Source: Octopus sinensis (Eukaryota). From it: DNA of 26,772 nucleotides. Below the pieces are notes generated by a model. That model saw only the letters and a list, made by a program, of their open reading frames with translations. It searched no databases and was not told where the DNA came from. The stretch's first letter is position 1; the number at the start of each line of letters is the position of its first letter. The stretch is taken from NCBI RefSeq assembly GCF_006345805.1, contig NW_021834118.1, positions 1 to 26,772 on the forward strand, read 5' to 3'. This document shows, piece after piece, positions 21,375 through 26,772 of the stretch. The position numbers and the translations under genes were made by a program.

Positions 21375-22250
21375 AGGGGTATCCCTTTCAAAGTGGAAAC
21401 GGTCACCACCATCCTGAAGGAATTTGAGTCGGTTGCAGGGACTAACCATCAACACCGACAAATCGATGTGTATGCAGTTGGACCGGCAGACCAGTTAAAC
21501 TGCTCGGTGTGTGGTTTAGTCCCAAACTCCAGGCTGATAAGAACTGGGACGAGGTTGCCAACAGTTTGGCAAGTTTTACCCAGAAATGGTCTGAGAGGAA
21601 GCTGTCCCTGAAAGGTCAGGCAAGGATGGCGAATGCTTATGTGGCCTCCGCTATCATTTATCGCCTGAATGTCGTGCTTTGTCCCAGTTATTGCTGGGCC
21701 CTTTTCGAGATTCTGTTATTTAAATTATTGTGGAAGGGAGGCGTTCCAATGGCCAGGCGGTCCCTCGGTTACCAACATCCTCTAAGTGGTGGGTTATGTA
21801 TCCAGTGACTCCTAACGTGCCAACACGCTCTTACGTTACGTCACATGCAACGATTACTGACCGGTGAGCGTGTGTGAGCTTCGGTTGTGGGTCTCGTCTT
21901 TCCGCAGCTCGTCTCCTCGACGGAGCTGCAGTCCTGGTTGAAGTAAAGACGTGACTGGGAGCCTGACACTTAGAATGTCATCAGGCCCACCCAGACCTCT
22001 ACCAGTCGGTGAATGGTGGATGATCTGCTTTAGAAATTTATTGAGGATTAGTGACAGCGAAGAGATACAATGTTCTTGAGTAGAATCCGGGCGCCGACAA
22101 GAACGAATCGGCTAGTCTGTTCCTGAGGACTTTCCGGTCGGGAACTATCATGGAGAACTTCCAAATGCCCTTGGCCTGGCAGCGTTGCCAGGATGTGGTG
22201 CTACGTGTTCAAGATAAACCCTACAGGCACGAATGTGCTGTCAGACGGAA
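21375..22250 (+). mobile_element. L1/Tx1-like LINE ORF2 internal fragment (late RT to zinc-binding region), decayed
   Basis: Across frameshifts: LKEFESVAG / TINTDKSMCMQL; VWFSPKLQADKNWDEV...WSERKLSLKGQARMANAYVASAIIYRL...LFKLLWKGG...GGL; ENFQMPLAW...LRVQDKPYRH. These match L1-clade features INxxKS, W..R.LSL.G...Y.L and F.W.G...GGL. Confidence 0.85.
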
Positions 22251-22334
22251 AAAAATCGAAAAGTCGCTACATACATATATACGTCAATGCGCGTATGCAT
22301 TTAACTATGTTTTGAAATGTTTATGCATACGCCA

Positions 22335-22720
22335 CTACAATCTGTTTGATAATACTGTTCTCATTTATGAATAATATTTGTAGCAAATTTAGAAGCTATC
22401 AATTGTTATAAAGGATCAAGGTATTTCTTTGAACATTTGCAGACATAGAAGTTTTAATTACTCTTTGAAAATTGTTTATATTCTTCATTCCACTCGACAA
22501 GAACTTTGCTACTTACCAATAATCTTATATAAAATCTGAAAGCCAAATCTTTACAATTGCGGATATTCAACCCATCAATGCTTCGGAGTAACGCAGGAGA
22601 GTCAACGACCATCCATTATAGTGAAGGGTAGATAGAGTCAAGGGTGAAAACAATCTCTCTAGGAGAAAGGAAAACCGTTCATTGAGGGCCTTCAAACAAT
22701 TGCTAATATTTTATACGCTA
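22335..22720 (-). pseudogene. Decayed coding segment, copy 1 (tentatively a hAT transposase C-terminal region)
   Basis: ALNERF at ~22672-22690 and LNIRNCKDLAFRFYIRLLVSSKVLVEWNEEYKQFSKSN*. Homologous to 24470-25040 with synonymous-biased differences. Confidence 0.45.
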
Positions 22721-22899
22721 GAAAATATGACGTGAAGATATAGTTTCGTCTACGGACATCTGATAATAAAAAAAATATATGCATATATCAAGTCATCCCA
22801 TAAGTTCAGTCCGAATTTTGAATAAAGAAAACAAGTGATCAAATGTTATATTTAACTGAAATTTAATCATTAATGTACTTTCCCTGATTATCTATGACT

Positions 22900-23085
22900 T
22901 CCTTCCATGTATATACAAGCTTTTGGTTTCAAAGCGAAGAACAGTTTCGACCTCCCCTCTGCAAGCTTAACATAAAATAGCTGTGTAGGTGGGCGTTCAT
23001 CCTCCATCGAACAATATGGCCACATCATCTCATTTGACTTTTCAGAATCATTGAATTAATTGAAGTGATGCCTGCAGATGCCAAG
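22900..23085 (-). mobile_element. RTE-clade LINE RT C-terminal fragment
   Basis: [23 protein letters not shown] then MEDERPPTQLFYVKLAEGR, matching the RTE motif QLRW.GHV.RM.D.R.PKQL.YGEL..G.R. Confidence 0.8.
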
Positions 23086-23094
23086 AAATTTGTG

Positions 23095-23325
23095 TATTTA
23101 TTTATACACACATCTACATATATATATCCACATACACATATACATACAAATACATATATGTACATACAAAGATCGAAGCACCCACGCACATACAAAGAAT
23201 ACTGTATAATACATAAGAATATAAAGACACACACAGAGACAGAAGCATGTATATAAATGTATATATATAGATATGTGGTGTGTGTTGTATATAATATATA
23301 CACATACATATATGGATATATATGT
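23095..23325 (-). repeat. Inverted copy of 19945-20170
   Basis: See the partner entry at 19945-20170. Confidence 0.85.
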
Positions 23326-23377
23326 ATATATATATTATACAATATATATATACATAATATATATACATATATAATAT

Positions 23378-23428
<51 letters not shown>

Positions 23429-23433
23429 GTATA

Positions 23434-23481
<48 letters not shown>

Positions 23482-23599
23482 ATACATACATATATATATA
23501 TAAAAAAGGCCCATTTAATGTTTAAGACCATTTTGGTGGAATCGTTCTAACACAGTTAGAAATGTCTTTCATAACATGTCCACATACACACACACAGAC

Positions 23600-23666
<67 letters not shown>

Positions 23667-23883
23667 CTTATTGATTTTTTTAAAAGCTAGAACGTTCTTG
23701 GTTGTGACTTCGAAGATTCGGCCATTTAATCCCATTGTCTTACGATTGACCTCTCAAATTTATGGGAAGTTGTTAATTTAATAAGGGAAACTAAAAACAA
23801 ACATTAATATGTGTGTGTGCGTGCGTGTGTGTGTCTGAGTGTGTATGTATATATATATACATACATACATATATATATATATA

Positions 23884-24073
23884 TTTTTTACTATTTCAGT
23901 CATTTGACTGCGGCCATGCTGGAGCACTGCCTTTAGTCGAGCAAATCGACCCCGGGACTTATTCTTTGTAAGCCAAGTACTTATTGTATCGGTCTCTTAT
24001 GCCGAACCGCTAAGTGACGGAGACATAAACACACCAGCATCGATTGTCAAGCAATGCTAGGGGGGCAAACACA

Positions 24074-24121
<48 letters not shown>

Positions 24122-24284
24122 CATATATACGACAGGCTTCTTTCAGTTCCCGGTTACCAAATTCACTCACAAGGCATTGGTCGGCCCGGGGCTATAGAAG
24201 AGGACACTTGCCCAAGATGCCACGCAGTGGGACTGAACCCAGAACCATGTGGTTGGTTAGCAAGCTAATTACCACACAGCCACT
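23884..24284 (-). mobile_element. SINE family A, near full length
   Basis: tcagtcatttgactgcggccatgctggagcactgccttt...gtgggactgaacccagaaccatgtggttgg...accacacagccact, with an internal (CA)(TA) tract. Confidence 0.92.
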
Positions 24285-24469
24285 AATATATATAATAATA
24301 TATATATATATTATATATATATAATATATACATACAACATCAACATGCGTGTACATTCATATGTAAGCATGAGTCGTCTTTGTGTCTGCCCGTAATCATT
24401 CATGCATGTTATAGCAAACGTTGCTTTAAAGAGAAACATAGTTGAGTGGAACTGATTCTGTATGTTCGC

Positions 24470-25040
24470 CATTACAATATATTTGATAATACAGTTCTTT
24501 ATTATCCATTTTATTCCCAGTAAATTTAAAAGACATCAATTGTTATAAAGGATCCAGGTATTTCTTTGAACATTAGCAGACATGGAAGATTTAATTATAC
24601 ACTGCAAATTTTTCATAGTCTTCGTTCCATTCGACAAGATGGTTGCTACTTAAGGATAATCTTATGCAATGTCTGAAGACTAAATCTTTGCAGTTGCGAA
24701 TTTTCATGTTCCTAGTACATAATGAGAGAAGTATTTGTCAAGCGAATGTCTTTACGATAATATATTCCGTGCGATGAGAAATATTTCAATCCGTTGTTTT
24801 AGAATTAGTTTAAGAACTGCGTGACGCTCTTACAATGTTAGTGAAAGCATACGGACCTGCATTGATGTATGGAAGTCTGTTTGACAAATAACATACAGGC
24901 ATCAATTAGAGATTTAGATCTAAATCTTTCATTCATTTCTAGGATGAACTCACCAATATAATCCTCGTCGGTATTGAAAACATCATTCTGCCCATCCGTC
25001 GGAAACGAAAGGGAAAAACATGGCTGATGGCAGACAACGA
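24470..25040 (-). pseudogene. Decayed coding segment, copy 2 (tentatively a hAT transposase C-terminal region)
   Basis: A ~66-codon open frame VVCHQPCFSLSFPTDGQNDVFNTDEDYIGEFILEMNERFRSKSLIDACMLF (cf. hAT-family Y.D..I.EL.ERF), then MKIRNCKDLVFRHCIRLSLSSNHLVEWNEDYEKFAVYN*. Confidence 0.45.
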
Positions 25041-25135
25041 CTAAATTAAATTATGGATGAGATTATCATGGAGGATAAGCCGTTTATGTGTTTATCTCAT
25101 ATATTATATATATATATATATATATATTATATTAT

Positions 25136-25167
<32 letters not shown>

Positions 25168-25168
25168 A

Positions 25169-25566
25169 TCTTTATATATAAAGTCAAGTTGTGTGTCTGT
25201 CTCCTACGATTTAGATTCCTAACTACTCCCACATTTTGAAATGCAGTTTAACCAAAACCGGGTATCTTATAGTCGTGATTCATATCGAACCCTTCTGGGT
25301 ATTAGCGCGCGTCTACGATGAGTCTACGATTTAATAAAAATTTACCATCATTTTTTTTCTATTTTAATGCCTTTTTTTCGATATTATATAAGGGTGGTAA
25401 CTCTCTAAAAATGTCTACGATGAGTCAACGATTTAAAAAAAATTTACCATAAGTTCTTTCCTTTCCCATTTTTAATGCATTCTTGCTATTTTTGGCTATA
25501 ACTCTCTAAAAGTGCTTATATAGTTAATTCCCTACAAACACGAGCAACGCCGGGCGATACTGCTAG
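25169..25566 (+). mobile_element. Non-autonomous Helitron (~398 bp)
   Basis: 5' a|TCtttatatataaagtcaagttgtgtgtctgtc; 3' degenerate GC hairpin (acgagcaacgccgggc) followed by CTAG|t. It sits in an AT dinucleotide with no TSD and has an internal ~100-bp tandem duplication (gtctacgatgagtc.acgattt at ~25311 and ~25414). Confidence 0.8.
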
Positions 25567-25910
25567 TATATATATATATATATAGATATATCTATAATAT
25601 ATATATATATATATATAGATGTGCACATGTAAATTTGAATGTGCATTCGTGGGTCACGCAGTGTGTCTAACTCTGGGATTTCATTGACTGATGGTCCAGT
25701 GTAATGTAGTTTGTTTGTGGACTGAGGAAGTGGGGCTTGGAATTTTGCGCCATTGAACTGCATATTATCCTCATCGAAGTATTATTGTTAAGCTGAAACT
25801 GTTACTAATGTAAAAAGAAATGGAATGGGGAAACTTTGTTTTTCGTTTTCTGAAAAAGGAACGTTTTGGACTTCCAACATATTTGCATAAAAACAACTAT
25901 AAATATATAT

Positions 25911-26319
25911 TACTCTTGTACTCTTTTACTTGTTTCAGCCATTTGACTGCGGCTAAGCAAGAGCACCGCCTTTAGCCGAACAAATCGCCCCCGAGACTTA
26001 TTATTTGTAAACCCAGTACTTATTCTATCGGTCTCTTTTGCCAAACCGCTAGTTTACGGGGACGTAAACATACCAGCATCGGTTGTCAAGCGATGTTGGG
26101 GTGACAAACACAGACACACAAGCACATACACACACATACATATATATACATATATACGACTGGGTTCTTTCAGTTTCCGTCTACCAAATGCATTCACGAG
26201 GCTTTGGTCGGCCCGAGGCTATGGCAGAAGACACTTGCCCAAGGTGCCACGCAGTGGGACTGAACCTTGAACCATGTGGTCGGTAAGCAAGCTACTTACC
26301 ACACAGCCACTCCTAAGCC
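25911..26319 (-). mobile_element. Full-length SINE family A
   Basis: From the tail tactcttgtactcttttacttgtttcag to the head cttaccacacagccactcc; colinear with 7592-8010. Confidence 0.92.
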
Positions 26320-26332
26320 TATATATATATAT

Positions 26333-26565
26333 ATTTTTTTTTTACTGCCCACAAAGGGCTAAACATAGAGGGACAACAAGGTGAGACAAACGGATTAAGT
26401 CGATTATATTGACCCGAGTGCGTAATTGGTACTTATTTAATCGACCCCGAAAGTATGAAAGGCAAAGTCAACCTCGGCGGAATTTGAATTCAGAACGTAA
26501 CGGCAGACGAAATACTGCTAAGAATTTCGCCCGGCGCACTAACGTTTCTGACAGCTCACTGCCTT
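26333..26565 (-). mobile_element. Full-length SINE family B
   Basis: Minus-strand head ggcagtgagctgtcagaaacgttagtgcgccgggcg...gttctgaattcaaattccgccgagg, central ctttcatactttcggggtcgattaaataagtacca, and tail ttagccctttgtgggcagtaaa(t)n. Confidence 0.9.
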
Positions 26566-26772
26566 CATATATATACATATATATATACATTCATATATAT
26601 ATGTATGTATGCATGTATGTATAATAGTTATGTTTATGTAATACTCATAATGCTGGAACTTTTAAACAAATAATTACTCGGCCACGTAAGTGCTTTACGA
26701 TGAGACAAATGAATGGCTGACATTTCAGCTATGTAAACATGTGTGTAGGCGTACATATTTAAACGCCAATGG

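Noticed and set aside
22440-22660. TIR-domain-like reading (IVFTLDSIYPSL*W...IR-x5-K-x3-EW)
   Set aside because: Spacing to the TLR TIR C-terminus is 11 aa short, box 3 (FW) is missing, and the upstream part is not conserved in the second copy.
1360-23550. Dozens of listed ORFs rich in Y/I, C/V, H/T, M/D, L or E/K, including the 371-aa ORF at 17753-18868 and the 236-aa ORF at 18459-19169
   Set aside because: They are stop-free translations of TA, TG, ATGT, GAT, ATT and GAA microsatellites, with no non-repetitive domain.
22335-25040. Idea that recurrent in-frame TAA codons reflect a ciliate-type code or RNA-editing readthrough
   Set aside because: TGA stops also interrupt the relevant frames, TAA is the expected commonest stop in AT-rich DNA, and the flanks are clearly host repeats.
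1-26772. CRISPR arrays, rRNA or prokaryotic operons
   Set aside because: No regularly spaced repeat-spacer units and no rRNA-like sequence; the DNA is clearly eukaryotic repeat-rich.

Overview
AT-rich, repeat-saturated eukaryotic DNA. The SINE and LINE families look like those I recall from octopus (coleoid cephalopod) genomes; this is an inference, not a database result. I find no convincing intact host gene, and nearly every ORF in the supplied track is a translation of (TA)n, (TG)n, (ATGT)n or trinucleotide microsatellites. The window contains two tRNA-derived SINE families (5 copies each), 3' or internal LINE fragments (CR1-like, a second CR1/L2-group element, L1/Tx1-like, RTE-like) and a Penelope-like GIY-YIG remnant. 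It also holds a non-autonomous Helitron, a TIR-bounded MITE, several foldbacks, and decayed DNA-transposase remnants (Tc1-like, piggyBac-like, possibly hAT-like). The most interesting signals are RNA-structural. One is a complete 406-bp RTE-derived mini-element with a perfect 15-bp TSD, whose 5' end folds like an HDV-type ribozyme (10301-10706). The others are hammerhead-ribozyme cores embedded in two inverted-repeat structures (3659-4241 and 16215-16342). All protein and ribozyme assignments were made by eye and need computational confirmation.
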